Made by a program: the position numbers and the translations under genes. 64,000 nucleotides of DNA from an uncultured delta proteobacterium. GTDB lineage: Bacteria > Myxococcota_A > Polyangia > Polyangiales > JAFGIB01. Within the stretch, counting starts at the first letter, position 1. Each line of letters begins with the position of its first letter. Location: contig CAVZVA010000010.1 in assembly GCA_963778655.1 (NCBI GenBank), positions 1,568,001 to 1,632,000 of the forward strand, written 5' to 3'. The notes under the pieces are model-generated. The model was not told where the DNA came from. It did not search any database and was given only the letters and a program-made list of their open reading frames with translations. Positions 49,078 through 59,133 of the stretch are shown piece by piece.

Positions 49078-50286
49078 CTAGCGGCCGACGTTCTGGTCGT
49101 AGTGCACAGTCAGCGCGCCCGAGGCCGCGACGCGGCGCACCAGCAGCGCGCCGTAGACGGTGAGGGCGTCCGCCGTGACCAGCTCGGCGTTCGGCGCGTA
49201 CAGCACGCCTTGCAGCGTGCCGCCGCCGGTGAGCTGGACCGTACCCGCGCCGCCGACGTAGATGCGGACCGGTCCCTGCCCCGGCTGCTCGCCGAGCGCG
49301 ATGCGGCCGTCCACGCTCAGATCGCCGGCGACGAACAAGTCGAGCTCCGCACCGGTCGCGACGTCGGCGCGGAAATCGCCGCCGACATGCAGATCGCCCG
49401 GCACATAGATCGCGGCGCGCGCGCGCAGCTGCAGCCCGAGCGCGGCCGGGCTCAAATCTTGCAGCACGTATTGTGCGCAGTCGCGCGCCAGCGCCGCGCT
49501 CGGGTCGCGCAGCGACACCGCGCCCGTCGCCGCACCGCGCACCAGCGCGCCTACGTCGAGCACCGAGGCGGCGTCGCAGGCGCACGGCGGCGCGATCTGC
49601 ACCTCGGCGCTGCGCATCCCGCCGAGCTGACGGGTGCCCGAGATGTTCTGCATTGCACCGGCTGGTTGGGTGAGCACCCCGTCCACGCGCAGATCGCCGA
49701 GCTCGATGCGTCCGGCGACCTGCGCGTTGCCGCCCGCGCTCACGCTGGCACCGGCGCCCTGCAGCGGGCCGCCGCTCGCCAGGTCTGCGCCGACCTCGAG
49801 CTGCACGCTCGCGCCCAGGTTGATCCCGCTGCTGCCGGCCACGATCAGCGCGCCGTCGATGCTGGAGGACCCGTCCAGGCCGAGCTCCCCGTTGACGCCC
49901 ACGTCGCCTCCCGGCATGCCGGCCGCGTACGGCCCGTCGGCGCCGTCGAAGGCGTCGGTCTGCAGCGTGTCACCGGCCGCGAACCCGGTGCAGGCGCAAA
50001 TCGCGTGCTGCAGCCCGCCCGCGACCAGCGCATCGAGCGTCGTCGTACGCCCGCCCGCGCCCACGCTCTGGATGCGGTAGGAGCAGCTCGCCGGCGGGCT
50101 CGAGCTCGCGTCGGTGTCCGAGCCGGCGTCGGTGTCCGAGCCCGCATCCGCGTGGGCGCCGGCGTCCGACCCCGCGTCCAAGGCGGGGCTCGACCCGGCC
50201 TTGCGCAACGCCACTACATCGAGCTGTGCGCAGCCTGCCCAGCCTGCCAGCAGACACACGCACAGCGCGTATTCACGGCCCCGCAT
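49078..50286 (-). CDS. Lipoprotein with beta-helix-like domain
   Basis: WAGC lipobox, DAGS repeats, V.GD repeats, C-terminal LYAPNA...YGAL...VHYD. Confidence 0.65.
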   Translation of the reverse strand: MRGREYALCVCLLAGWAGCAQLDVVALRKAGSSPALDAGSDAGAHADAGSDTDAGSDTDASSSPPASCSYRIQSVGAGGRTTTLDALVAGGLQHAICACTGFAAGDTLQTDAFDGADGPYAAGMPGGDVGVNGELGLDGSSSIDGALIVAGSSGINLGASVQLEVGADLASGGPLQGAGASVSAGGNAQVAGRIELGDLRVDGVLTQPAGAMQNISGTRQLGGMRSAEVQIAPPCACDAASVLDVGALVRGAATGAVSLRDPSAALARDCAQYVLQDLSPAALGLQLRARAAIYVPGDLHVGGDFRADVATGAELDLFVAGDLSVDGRIALGEQPGQGPVRIYVGGAGTVQLTGGGTLQGVLYAPNAELVTADALTVYGALLVRRVAASGALTVHYDQNVGR

Positions 50287-51079
50287 CGAGCACCTGCAGG
50301 CGCTTCCTCGCTCGCTCGGCCGCCGGTCCAGACGGCTGCGCGGCGAGCAACGCCTGCAGCATGCGCTGTTCGTCGCTCGCGCGCCCGAGCGCCTGGTAGG
50401 CGTGGGCCATACCCTCGCGGATCTCCGGCGTGAGCGCGCCGGTCGGGCTCTGCCGCAGCGCCTGCTGATAGAGGCGCAGCGCGCCCCTGGGGTCGCCGAG
50501 CTGCTCCAGTCGCAAGCTGGCCGCGGCGGTGCGCGCGCTATACGCGGTGGCGCCGCCCGCGCCCTGTGCCGCGGCCCGCAAGTACACGCGCTCGGCCGCG
50601 CGGTAGTGGCCCTCGCCACGCAGGCGGTTGGCGCGCTGCAACAGATCCTCGGTCGCTCGGGCGCCGCGCTCGCTGGCGCTTGGCCGCGCGCTCGACTGCG
50701 GCGCGGGCTTCGGCTGCGCCGGGCTGGGCGCGGGCGCCAGCGCGGGCTCGGCGCTCGCGGGGGCCGGCATCGCCGCTGCCGGCGCGGCCGCGCTCGGCGG
50801 TTGTGGCTGCGGCGGCTGCTGTGGCTGCGGCGCGCGCAGCGCGGCGTACATCGCCGCGGCGGCCGAGCCGCCCAGCACGACCGCGGCCGCGAGCAACCAG
50901 GCGGCGCGCTTGCCCTTGGTCGTGCGCGCGCGCGCCGGTCCGCCCGGCAGCGCGCCGTCGACCGCGCGCTCGACCAGCGCGGCGGCCGCCGCCGCGTCGA
51001 TGCGTTCGGCCGGGCCTTCGCCGTCGGCCGACAGCAAGCCCTGCAGCTCCCACGAAGCGAAGTCGATAGGGTCAGCCAT
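50273..51079 (-). CDS. Single-pass membrane TPR protein, putative anti-sigma factor
   Basis: Overlaps sigma gene; short N-domain, TM helix, Pro/Ala linker, TPR-like helices. Confidence 0.65.
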   Translation of the reverse strand: MADPIDFASWELQGLLSADGEGPAERIDAAAAAALVERAVDGALPGGPARARTTKGKRAAWLLAAAVVLGGSAAAAMYAALRAPQPQQPPQPQPPSAAAPAAAMPAPASAEPALAPAPSPAQPKPAPQSSARPSASERGARATEDLLQRANRLRGEGHYRAAERVYLRAAAQGAGGATAYSARTAAASLRLEQLGDPRGALRLYQQALRQSPTGALTPEIREGMAHAYQALGRASDEQRMLQALLAAQPSGPAAERARKRLQVLDAGP

Positions 51080-51707
51080 GCTCGTCTCTCCCGCCCGGGT
51101 AGTGATCGCGCAGCCGTTCCATGCCGAGCCGCAAGCGGCTCTTGGCCGTGTCGAAGCTTACGCCGAGCTCGGCTGCGAGCTCGGGCACGCTCATACCGAT
51201 CACGTGATGCAGCACCAGCGCCTGGCGCTGCGCCTCCGGAATGCCGTCGAGCACCTGCGCCAGCCGCCTGCGTGCCGCGTAGTTCTCGGCTTCGGGCGCA
51301 GTGGTGTGTAAGGCGTGCAGCTCCTTGTCCAGGCGGTCGCGCTGCTCGCGCTCGCGCTGGCGGCGTCCCAGCTGGCGCATCACCGTGCGCACGGTGATGC
51401 GGTCGGCCCAGGTGGTCAGGCTGCTCTCGCCGCGGAAGCTGGGCAGCGCGCGCAGCACCTCGATCAGCGCGTTCTGCGTGAAGTCGTCGACATCCGCATC
51501 GCTGCGCACCAGAAAGCGCACAACGTTGCGCGTGCGCGGCAGCAGCTCCGCGCAGAGCGAGGACGCCGCGCTGCGATCGCCGGACGCGGCGGCCGCGATG
51601 CGCGCGTCATCGCCGGCGATGCGCGTGGGCGCTGGCTTGCGCGGGGCTTGTGGCTCCGGCAGCGCAACCAGCACGCGCTCGCTTCGCTTCGAGGGCTCGG
51701 CCATCAT
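51072..51707 (-). CDS. ECF RNA polymerase sigma factor
   Basis: DVDDFTQ, FRGESSLTTW (region 2); QRQALVLHH..GMS..ELA..LG....TAKSRLR (region 4). Confidence 0.92.
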   Translation of the reverse strand: MMAEPSKRSERVLVALPEPQAPRKPAPTRIAGDDARIAAAASGDRSAASSLCAELLPRTRNVVRFLVRSDADVDDFTQNALIEVLRALPSFRGESSLTTWADRITVRTVMRQLGRRQREREQRDRLDKELHALHTTAPEAENYAARRRLAQVLDGIPEAQRQALVLHHVIGMSVPELAAELGVSFDTAKSRLRLGMERLRDHYPGGRDEHG

Positions 51708-51900
51708 TGCCAGAGTACAGTGGAAAGGCTCGCGCGCATCGGGTCAGCCGTAAGCGTGCCCGGGGCCGCGGAATCCGCGCAATTTCGGGCCGATGTGAGG
51801 GAAGGGAGCGGGCTGTGAGTGGCCCGCGCAGCAGGAGCTTTGCACAGCGCGGCGGGAACGCGCCTTCCCGTTCGTGCGCGCTCCCGCCAACCCGGCGGGT

Positions 51901-53145
51901 CTATAGCTTAAGTCGCAGGTACGGTCCGAGGTGCGCGTGTGGCTGGATGAGCCACAGCGCGCGGTCGACGTGATCGCGCGCGTTGTCGTAGCGGAGCACC
52001 GGCGCCGCGGGCACGACCAGCGCGCCCAGCGCGAGCTCGAAGCCGAAGCTGGCCCGCGCGCCGGAAAGCAACACGAAACGCGCGCGCAACGCGAGCCCGA
52101 GCGCGAACGCCAGCGGCGTGTGGGCCGGCGCGGGCTGCAGCCCGGCATCCACCCGCGTGGTCTTGCGCGCGAACGCGGCCACACCGGCGGCCGCGCCCAG
52201 CGCGAGCTGCACGCGCGCCCGCCGCACCACGTCGAGCGATGCGCCGCCGAGCAGCACGTGCCGCCGCAACGTGATGCGGGTCTGCGGGTCGCGCAGCGTG
52301 ACCGCAAGCGCGGTCTGCGCCTCGGCCGCAAGCTCGACCCGACCGAGCGCTACACCCAACCGCGCCCACGGTCCTTGTTGCAGCGGGCTCTGACCATCGA
52401 GCGCCAGGTCCCATCCCCCGCTGGCCGCAAGCGCGACGCGCCGGCCCGCCGGCACCGCGCTCCCCTCGCCCCCGCCTCCATCCTCTCCCGTGCCCGCGCC
52501 TTCCGACGTCCCCGTTCCGCCGCCTGCGCTGCTGATCGTTCCACCATGCGCGCCCTTACCCGCGCCCTTACCCGCGCCCGCCCCCGTGCCCGTGCCCGTG
52601 CCCCCGCCCGTGCCGGTGCCCTTACCCGCCCCCGCCCCCGCGCCCGTGCCCCCGCCCCCGGCTTCATCGCTGCCCGCGCCTGCGGCCACCGCTTCGCCCA
52701 CGGTCTGGTCGGCCGCCAGCGCGCGCAGCGCCGAGCGCACCGCGAGCGCCAGCGCCTCGAGCGCGGCCGAGTCGGCCAACGCGCCCGCCGCCGGGTCGAG
52801 CTCGAAGCGCCGCTCGAGCAGGCGGTGCTTGCGCGGGTCGTAGAGCCGCAACGTGTACGCGCCATTGTCCTCGCGCGTCACCCACAAGGCGGCACGCGCC
52901 TGGCTGGCACGCGCCGCCTGCGCGGCGACCTGCAGTCGATCTTCGCCTGCACGTCCCGCCACGCGCTGCAGCTGCCAGGGCAGGTCCGCGGTCTGCCCCG
53001 TGATGCGCGCCTCGACCCCGGCCGGCAGCGGCGACAGCAGCAGCAGCCGCGCGGGCACCGCAGGCGCGTTGGTTTGGCCGCTCGCGAGCGCCGCCGACCC
53101 CAGAAGAGCTACCAAGGCCGCGCCCAGCGCGACACAGGCCCGCAT
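51901..53145 (-). CDS. Secreted hypothetical protein with Gly-rich linker and beta-barrel-like C-terminus
   Basis: Signal peptide; GAGTG repeat linker; alternating beta strands ending HLGPYLRLKL. Confidence 0.6.
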   Translation of the reverse strand: MRACVALGAALVALLGSAALASGQTNAPAVPARLLLLSPLPAGVEARITGQTADLPWQLQRVAGRAGEDRLQVAAQAARASQARAALWVTREDNGAYTLRLYDPRKHRLLERRFELDPAAGALADSAALEALALAVRSALRALAADQTVGEAVAAGAGSDEAGGGGTGAGAGAGKGTGTGGGTGTGTGAGAGKGAGKGAHGGTISSAGGGTGTSEGAGTGEDGGGGEGSAVPAGRRVALAASGGWDLALDGQSPLQQGPWARLGVALGRVELAAEAQTALAVTLRDPQTRITLRRHVLLGGASLDVVRRARVQLALGAAAGVAAFARKTTRVDAGLQPAPAHTPLAFALGLALRARFVLLSGARASFGFELALGALVVPAAPVLRYDNARDHVDRALWLIQPHAHLGPYLRLKL

Positions 53146-53389
53146 GGGGCGGGTCTACCAGCGCCCGCGCCAAGTCGCACCAAAATTGTCGGCGTCCCGG
53201 ACCGAGAAACCCGCCCCGCCCCGTGACGCGAATGGGCGCGCGTCCGGCGAGCGCGCGGGTCTCGCGCGGCACGCCGGCCCGTGTGCGAGCGGCGACTACA
53301 CGTGCGGCACCGAACGCGCCCGCTTGGTTGTATCTCGCAAATCGGCACGCGTATGATCTCGTGATCTCGCGAGAAGGGGGCCGTGCCAC

Positions 53390-55429
53390 ATGCCGGTGAG
53401 AGAATGCGTCCCGATCGGTCCGTCGATCTCGATCTTCATCTTCGGCGTCGCCTTTCTTGCGGCTTGCGGTGGCGGCGGCGCCGGCACGGTGGCCGCCGGT
53501 AAAGGCGGCTCCAGCAACTCCGGCGGTGCCGGCAAGAGCTCCAAGCCCAAGATCGACGGCGGCACGAGCTCCGATGCGTCCAGCGGCGGCCAGCCCAGCG
53601 ACGGCGGATCGCCGATCATGGGCGCGGAAGACTCCGGCGCACCGGTCGAGGGCGCGCCGGACGTGGAGATCCTGGAGCCCGCGCCGGCCGCCGATCCCAA
53701 CGCGGACCCGATCATCACGACCAACATGGCGACGGTGCGCTGCAAGGTCACCAAGTCCCAGGTACCGGGAGCGCGTGACGTCAACCAGAGCACGGTCCGC
53801 ATCCTGCTGGCCAACCCGAAGGACGCGAACATGCCGACTGTCGGCACGCTCACTGCGCTCGCCGACAACACTTTCGAGGCGAAGTTCAACCTCAGCGAGC
53901 TCCCAAACGGGGCGCTGCACTTTTCCTGCGACGCGGCCGACGTCGGCTCGCCTCCGATTACCGGCTCCGCAGCCGTCGATAGCTTCCTCGACCTGGGGCC
54001 CTCGATCGACGTGATCGAGCCCAAACCGGGCAGCAACCACGCGCTGGGAACCCCCGTGCTGATCAAGTTCCAAATCACGCCGGACCCCGTCAGCAGCGAC
54101 GACATGCAGGCGACCCCCACCGAGATCGCGCTCGACGTCTCGGGCCAGGCGTTCGACTTCACCGAGGACTCGAGTCAACCGGGCCTGTTCACGGCCAATG
54201 TGCCCTTCAACGACAAGACGCTCTTTCCGATGGCGCCGACCTCGTCCGACATCACGGTCTCGGCCGCCAGCAGCCGCATGCCCGACGCGCCCACGCGCGT
54301 CCACAAGGTCCACATCAACCTCGATTCGGACGGCCCCACGATCGTGATCAACAAACCCGGGGACTTGCAGATCGTTCGCGGAGAGGTGGGCCTGGAGCTC
54401 AACATCACAGACGCTTCCGGGGTCGACCCGAGTACCGTCTTTGCCACCATCAACAGCAGCTTCACGCTGATGCCGTCGGACTGGACCGCGAACGGGAGCA
54501 CCTATACCGCGCAGTTCGACACGCTCGCCTTCGGCACCGACCTCACCGAGATCACGATCAACGTCAGCGCCAGCGACGTTGTCGGCAACCAGAACACGGT
54601 GTCCCTGGTGCTCCGTCTGGACAACCGCCCCCCGATCATGAGCCTCGACCCGCCGCCGATCCGCGAATACAACCAAAGCGGCGTATGCAGCGACCCCTTC
54701 GACCCGGTCGGGGCCGACGCGACCAACGACGGAGACACGGTTCTGGACGCGTCGCTCTATCGCTTGCTGATCTGGGATGAGACCAATCACGTCCCCGGAG
54801 AGACCTACTCGTACATCGCCGGGGTCGAGCCGACCACGGTCAAGCTCTTCGTGCAGCAGCCGTCGAAGCCGTTCCTGATCGACACCGACGGCGACGGGGT
54901 TTGCGACGACATCGCCAAGTGGAACGACAACAAGGGGCCCGACGCGCCGGTGCACGTCGACCTCGTGGGGCTCAACATCCGTGGGATGTCGTTCTACGAT
55001 CACGCGGCCGACTTCAGCGATCCGGCGAACCTCGCCCCTGATTGCATGCTCAACCCGGGGACCCCCGTGCCCCCCATGCCGCTCTGCCCGGTCACGCCGA
55101 TGACGCGCATCGTCGCGGGGCCGAGCGACGACGCGCCCAAGGCGGTCTACGCCTTCGGCCAGCCGACCAACAGCAACCTGGGCCCATGCGCAGGCGAGGG
55201 CTGGGATGTCTACGGGGCCATGGGCAACACCGAAGGCTGGCTCTGCCTGGCGGCTCGCGCCGAAGACAAGATCGGCAACGTCGGCATCTCGCCGCCGCTG
55301 CGCGTTTGCGTGACCCACGGCACCGACGCGCCAACCTGCAATCCGTCCACCGATACCTGGCCCACGTGCACCGACAACTGCACCCCGCCGCCCAACATCG
55401 CCAGGGATCAACAGCTGTTGGCGCGGTGA
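53390..55429 (+). CDS. Large lipoprotein with Ig-like repeats and Cys-rich C-terminus
   Basis: LAAC lipobox; D..GP.I....P repeats, ASDVVGN/AEDKIGN, DTDGDG. Confidence 0.75.
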   Translation: MPVRECVPIGPSISIFIFGVAFLAACGGGGAGTVAAGKGGSSNSGGAGKSSKPKIDGGTSSDASSGGQPSDGGSPIMGAEDSGAPVEGAPDVEILEPAPAADPNADPIITTNMATVRCKVTKSQVPGARDVNQSTVRILLANPKDANMPTVGTLTALADNTFEAKFNLSELPNGALHFSCDAADVGSPPITGSAAVDSFLDLGPSIDVIEPKPGSNHALGTPVLIKFQITPDPVSSDDMQATPTEIALDVSGQAFDFTEDSSQPGLFTANVPFNDKTLFPMAPTSSDITVSAASSRMPDAPTRVHKVHINLDSDGPTIVINKPGDLQIVRGEVGLELNITDASGVDPSTVFATINSSFTLMPSDWTANGSTYTAQFDTLAFGTDLTEITINVSASDVVGNQNTVSLVLRLDNRPPIMSLDPPPIREYNQSGVCSDPFDPVGADATNDGDTVLDASLYRLLIWDETNHVPGETYSYIAGVEPTTVKLFVQQPSKPFLIDTDGDGVCDDIAKWNDNKGPDAPVHVDLVGLNIRGMSFYDHAADFSDPANLAPDCMLNPGTPVPPMPLCPVTPMTRIVAGPSDDAPKAVYAFGQPTNSNLGPCAGEGWDVYGAMGNTEGWLCLAARAEDKIGNVGISPPLRVCVTHGTDAPTCNPSTDTWPTCTDNCTPPPNIARDQQLLAR

Positions 55430-55510
55430 TTTGGCGAAATTCCGCATGACCCGGCTGGCCGGGTGGTCCCCACTATGGGTGCGGTGGCCCACGCCGCCGG
55501 AGTCCCGACC

Positions 55511-56812
55511 ATGCGACGACGCGCTTTCTTGGCAGCTCTTGGCGCCTCCGCTCTCGCACCCGTCCTGTGCCGCAAGAGCGCGCTCGGCCTGCCCGTTGCG
55601 CGCGCGCAAAGCGCCCCGCCCCCGCCCGCCAAGCGGCTGGTGATCTTCTTCTCGCCCAACGGAACGGTACCCAATCGTTACTGGCCGGACGGAGAGGGCG
55701 CCAGCTTCACCTTCGCGCCCGGCTCGATCCTGGAGCCGCTCAGCGTGGTGCAGCCGCGGCTGCTGCTGCTCTCCGGGATCGACTTCAAGGGCGTCGCGAA
55801 CCACGAGGGTGGCATGGAGAACATGCTCACCGGCGGCGGCGCCTCCACCCCGAGCCAGGGCCAATCGGTCGACCAGTACATCGCGAGCAAGCTGCCTGCC
55901 GACACGCCCTACGCCTCGCTCGAGCTCGGGGTGGAGACCGACGCCTGGGGCGGCACCGTGCAGACGCGCATGCTCTACGCGCCCGGTCACACCTTCGTCC
56001 ACCCCGACCAGGACCCGGTCAGCGTGTACAAGCGCCTGTTCGGCGGCCAGGACAGCTCGATGTCGATGCCCCAGCTCGACGCCGCCATGCAAAAGAAGCA
56101 GAGCGTGCTCGACTTGCTGCGCGGCGAGCTCACGGACCTGCGCGACAAGGTGGGCGCCGAGGAGCAGAACAAGCTCGACGCGCACCTGGATGCGCTGCGG
56201 CGCATGGAGACCTCGCTGCTCGGCCCCGCGCAGAGCAACGGCTGCGTGGCGCCCGCGGCGCCGATGCAGCTCGACCCCAACGCGCACCCCAACTTCGACA
56301 AGATTACGCGCAGCCAGACCGATCTGATGGTCAGCGCGCTCGGCTGTGGGCTCACGCGCGTGGCCACGCTGCAGCTTTCCCACACCGTGGGCCCGCACGT
56401 GTTCTCGTGGCTCGGATTGCAAGAAGGCCATCACACGCTCTCGCACTCCGACGACACCAACACCGACGGCGTCGCGCAGTACGTCAAGGCCGAGCGCTGG
56501 ATCGCCGAGCAGTTCGCATACCTGGTGCAGCAGCTCGACGCGCTGCCGGAGCCCGGCGCCGACGGCAGCATGCTCGATCACACGCTGCTGGTGTGGGCCA
56601 AGGAGCTGGCGGACGGCCGCCTGCACAACTGCGAGTCGGTGCCGTTCGTGCTGGCCGGCGCGACCGGCTTCCTCACGACCGGCCGCTATCTCAAGCTCGG
56701 CGGCGAGCCGCACCAGAAGCTGCTGGTCTCGCTGTGCCAGGGCATGGGCCTCGATAACGCGACCTTCGGCGATCCGTCGGTGGGCCAGGGGCCGCTCGAG
56801 GGGCTGTCGTGA
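55511..56812 (+). CDS. DUF1552 (HXXSHH) protein with Tat signal
   Basis: MRRRAFL, KRLVIFFSPNG, QSVDQ, SVLD, LTRVAT, HHTLSH, GSMLD. Confidence 0.9.
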   Translation: MRRRAFLAALGASALAPVLCRKSALGLPVARAQSAPPPPAKRLVIFFSPNGTVPNRYWPDGEGASFTFAPGSILEPLSVVQPRLLLLSGIDFKGVANHEGGMENMLTGGGASTPSQGQSVDQYIASKLPADTPYASLELGVETDAWGGTVQTRMLYAPGHTFVHPDQDPVSVYKRLFGGQDSSMSMPQLDAAMQKKQSVLDLLRGELTDLRDKVGAEEQNKLDAHLDALRRMETSLLGPAQSNGCVAPAAPMQLDPNAHPNFDKITRSQTDLMVSALGCGLTRVATLQLSHTVGPHVFSWLGLQEGHHTLSHSDDTNTDGVAQYVKAERWIAEQFAYLVQQLDALPEPGADGSMLDHTLLVWAKELADGRLHNCESVPFVLAGATGFLTTGRYLKLGGEPHQKLLVSLCQGMGLDNATFGDPSVGQGPLEGLS

Positions 56813-58851
56813 CGCGCGCGGCGCGGCTCGCGGCGCGCCTTCTGCCCTGGGCCTGCCTGCTGTCGTTGTCCTGTCAGGGCAAGCCGGCCAGCCACGTGAT
56901 CGTGCCCGGCGGCAAGTCCGGCGCGCCCGCCAGCGCGAGCGCGGCCGCCGCCGCGGCCACCTGCGTCGACCCCACCCGCACCGGGCCGCGTATGCTGCGG
57001 CGGCTGTCGCGCTTCGAGTACGACAACACGATCGAGGACTTGCTGGGCGTGCGGCCCGACGCCGAGAAGAGCTTCGCGGCCGACACCGTGGTCAACGGCT
57101 TCGACGACAACGCCAAAGCGCTGCGCGTCACGCCGCTGCTCGGCGACCAGCTCTACACCTCGGCCGAGCAACTCGCGGCCCAGGCCGTACAGAAGCTGGA
57201 CCAGCTCGCCCCCTGCGCCGCCAAGGGCGGCGACCAGAGCTGCGCCGAGCAGCTGATCCGAGGCTTCGGCCGGCGGCTGTTCCGGCGCCCGCCGACCGAC
57301 GTCGAGGTCGCCCGCTACCTCGATCTGTACGCGCTGGGCAGCGCGGACGGCGGCTTCAGCGCGGGCGTGCAGCTGGTGCTGACCGCGCTGCTGCAGTCGC
57401 CGAGCTTCCTCTACCGCACCGAGCTCGGCAGCCAGGTGCAGCCGGGACGCTACGCGCTATCCCAATACGAGCTGGCGACCGAGCTTTCGTACACGCTGAC
57501 GGGCTCGACCCCGGACGACGCCCTGCTCGACGCCGCCGACAAGGGCGAGCTGGCGAGCCCCGAGCAGCTCGATGCGCAGGCTGCGCGCCTGATCGACAGC
57601 CCGCGCGGCCATCAGCAGCTGGAGCGCTTCGTGCGCGAGTGGCTGGGCCTGGACGTGCTCGGCTCGGTGCCCAAGGACGCCCAGATCTTCCCCGAGTGGA
57701 CGCCCGAGATCCGCGCCGCGATGGCCAGCGAGGTCGACCACTTCGTGGAGCACGTCGCGTTCGAGGGCGACGGCACGCTGGCGCAGCTGCTCACCGCCAA
57801 GCTCGCCTTCGTGAACCCGGCGCTGGCGAGCTTCTACGGCGTGCCGATGCCCGCGAGCCCCGGCGCCGACGGCTTCGGCGCGGTGCCGTCGCCCGACCCG
57901 CAGCGCAGCGGCGTGCTCGCGCTCGGCGGCGTGCTCACCACCTACGCGCGCCCGGACAGCTCCTCGCCGGTGGTGCGCGGCAAGCTGGTGCGCGAGCGGC
58001 TGCTGTGCCAGCCGCTGCAGCCGCCCCCGCCCGGGCTGGTGGTGCAGCCGCCGCCGGTCGACCCCAGCCTGACCGTGCGCCAGCGCTTCGCCGCGCACTC
58101 GGTCAAGGAGCCGTGCAAGAGCTGCCATAGCCTGATCGACCCGATCGGCTACGCGTTCGAGCACTTCGACGGTGTGGGCCGCTTCCGCACGCAGGACGGC
58201 GGCCACCCGATCGACGCCAGCGGCCAGATCATCGACAGCGTGTCGACCGACTCCACGTTCGACGGCGTGCCGCAGCTCGCCGACGTGCTGGCGCACAGCG
58301 AGGAGGTGACGCGCTGTGTGGCGCTGCAGTGGTTCCGCTTCGCCTACGGTCGCAGCGAGGACGACGCGCTGGCCTGCGAGCTGGCGCAGATCCAACAGAG
58401 CTTCGTCGACTCGGGCGGCAACCTGCGCGACATGGTGCTGGCCGCCATCCACACCCTGCACTTCACCACGCGCAGCCAAGATCCGAGCGACGTGGGCACG
58501 CCGCCGCCCGCTTCCGCCGCCTTGCCCGACGCGGGCGCGGGCTCGCTGTCCGATCCGTCCGCCGCGGGCGCAGGCGCCACGCAGCCGGCGGGCCCCGAGA
58601 CCCCGTACATGGTGCACACCGACTCCAGCTGGCAGAGCGGCCACTGCGACTCGGTCACGGTGCAGAACCCCGGCAGCGATGTGCTCGACTGGAGCGTGAA
58701 GCTCACCCTCGACGGCAAGCTCACCGACCACTGGAGCTCGGTCGCCGACGGCGACAGCGGCGAGGTCACCTTCACCGGCGCCGACTGGAACAAGAGCGTC
58801 GCCCCGGGCCAGACCGCCCAGTTCGGCTACTGCGTCTCGACCGCGGGCTGA
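56809..58851 (+). CDS. DUF1592/DUF1588-family lipoprotein with CxxCH and C-terminal CBM2-like domain
   Basis: RRLSRFEYDNT, SPSFLYRTE, SSPVVRG, CKSCH..DPIG.AFE; C-terminal SSWQSG..V.N....DW...W....T...WN..VAPG....FG. Confidence 0.88.
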   Translation: MTRAARLAARLLPWACLLSLSCQGKPASHVIVPGGKSGAPASASAAAAAATCVDPTRTGPRMLRRLSRFEYDNTIEDLLGVRPDAEKSFAADTVVNGFDDNAKALRVTPLLGDQLYTSAEQLAAQAVQKLDQLAPCAAKGGDQSCAEQLIRGFGRRLFRRPPTDVEVARYLDLYALGSADGGFSAGVQLVLTALLQSPSFLYRTELGSQVQPGRYALSQYELATELSYTLTGSTPDDALLDAADKGELASPEQLDAQAARLIDSPRGHQQLERFVREWLGLDVLGSVPKDAQIFPEWTPEIRAAMASEVDHFVEHVAFEGDGTLAQLLTAKLAFVNPALASFYGVPMPASPGADGFGAVPSPDPQRSGVLALGGVLTTYARPDSSSPVVRGKLVRERLLCQPLQPPPPGLVVQPPPVDPSLTVRQRFAAHSVKEPCKSCHSLIDPIGYAFEHFDGVGRFRTQDGGHPIDASGQIIDSVSTDSTFDGVPQLADVLAHSEEVTRCVALQWFRFAYGRSEDDALACELAQIQQSFVDSGGNLRDMVLAAIHTLHFTTRSQDPSDVGTPPPASAALPDAGAGSLSDPSAAGAGATQPAGPETPYMVHTDSSWQSGHCDSVTVQNPGSDVLDWSVKLTLDGKLTDHWSSVADGDSGEVTFTGADWNKSVAPGQTAQFGYCVSTAG

Positions 58852-59133
58852 GGTGATGCCTTGCTGCGCATGCAGGGCACTGCAGGCGCGGGTAGGTGCA
58901 AGGACGACTGATCGAGCCTGGCAGCGCCGGACATGTGCCAGCCGGGCGCAGTGGCGGCTATGATCTGGTGCAGCGTCGGCGAGATGGGATCAAGGGATCG
59001 TGAGTGAGGTGGGCCCGAGCGCAAGGCGCCGCAGCGCAGTGCTGATCGCAGCGCTGGGACGCGGCCGGAGCGTCCAGGCGGCGGCGAAAGGTGCGGCGTC
59101 GCACCGCCGGGGTCGACGCCGGGAGAGCGAAGC

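Noticed and set aside
53343..53369. CGGCACG sigma-54-like start and TGATCTCG tandem upstream of 53390
   Set aside because: The -12 GC is missing at the required spacing; a two-copy 8-mer is too weak to call
52664..56713. 1349-aa minus-strand ORF, and other long antisense ORFs (4916-7819, 39092-41548, 26324-28624, 33470-35473)
   Set aside because: They lie opposite well-supported genes, are Arg/Ala/Gly-rich with no motifs, and are expected shadows of high GC3 codon bias
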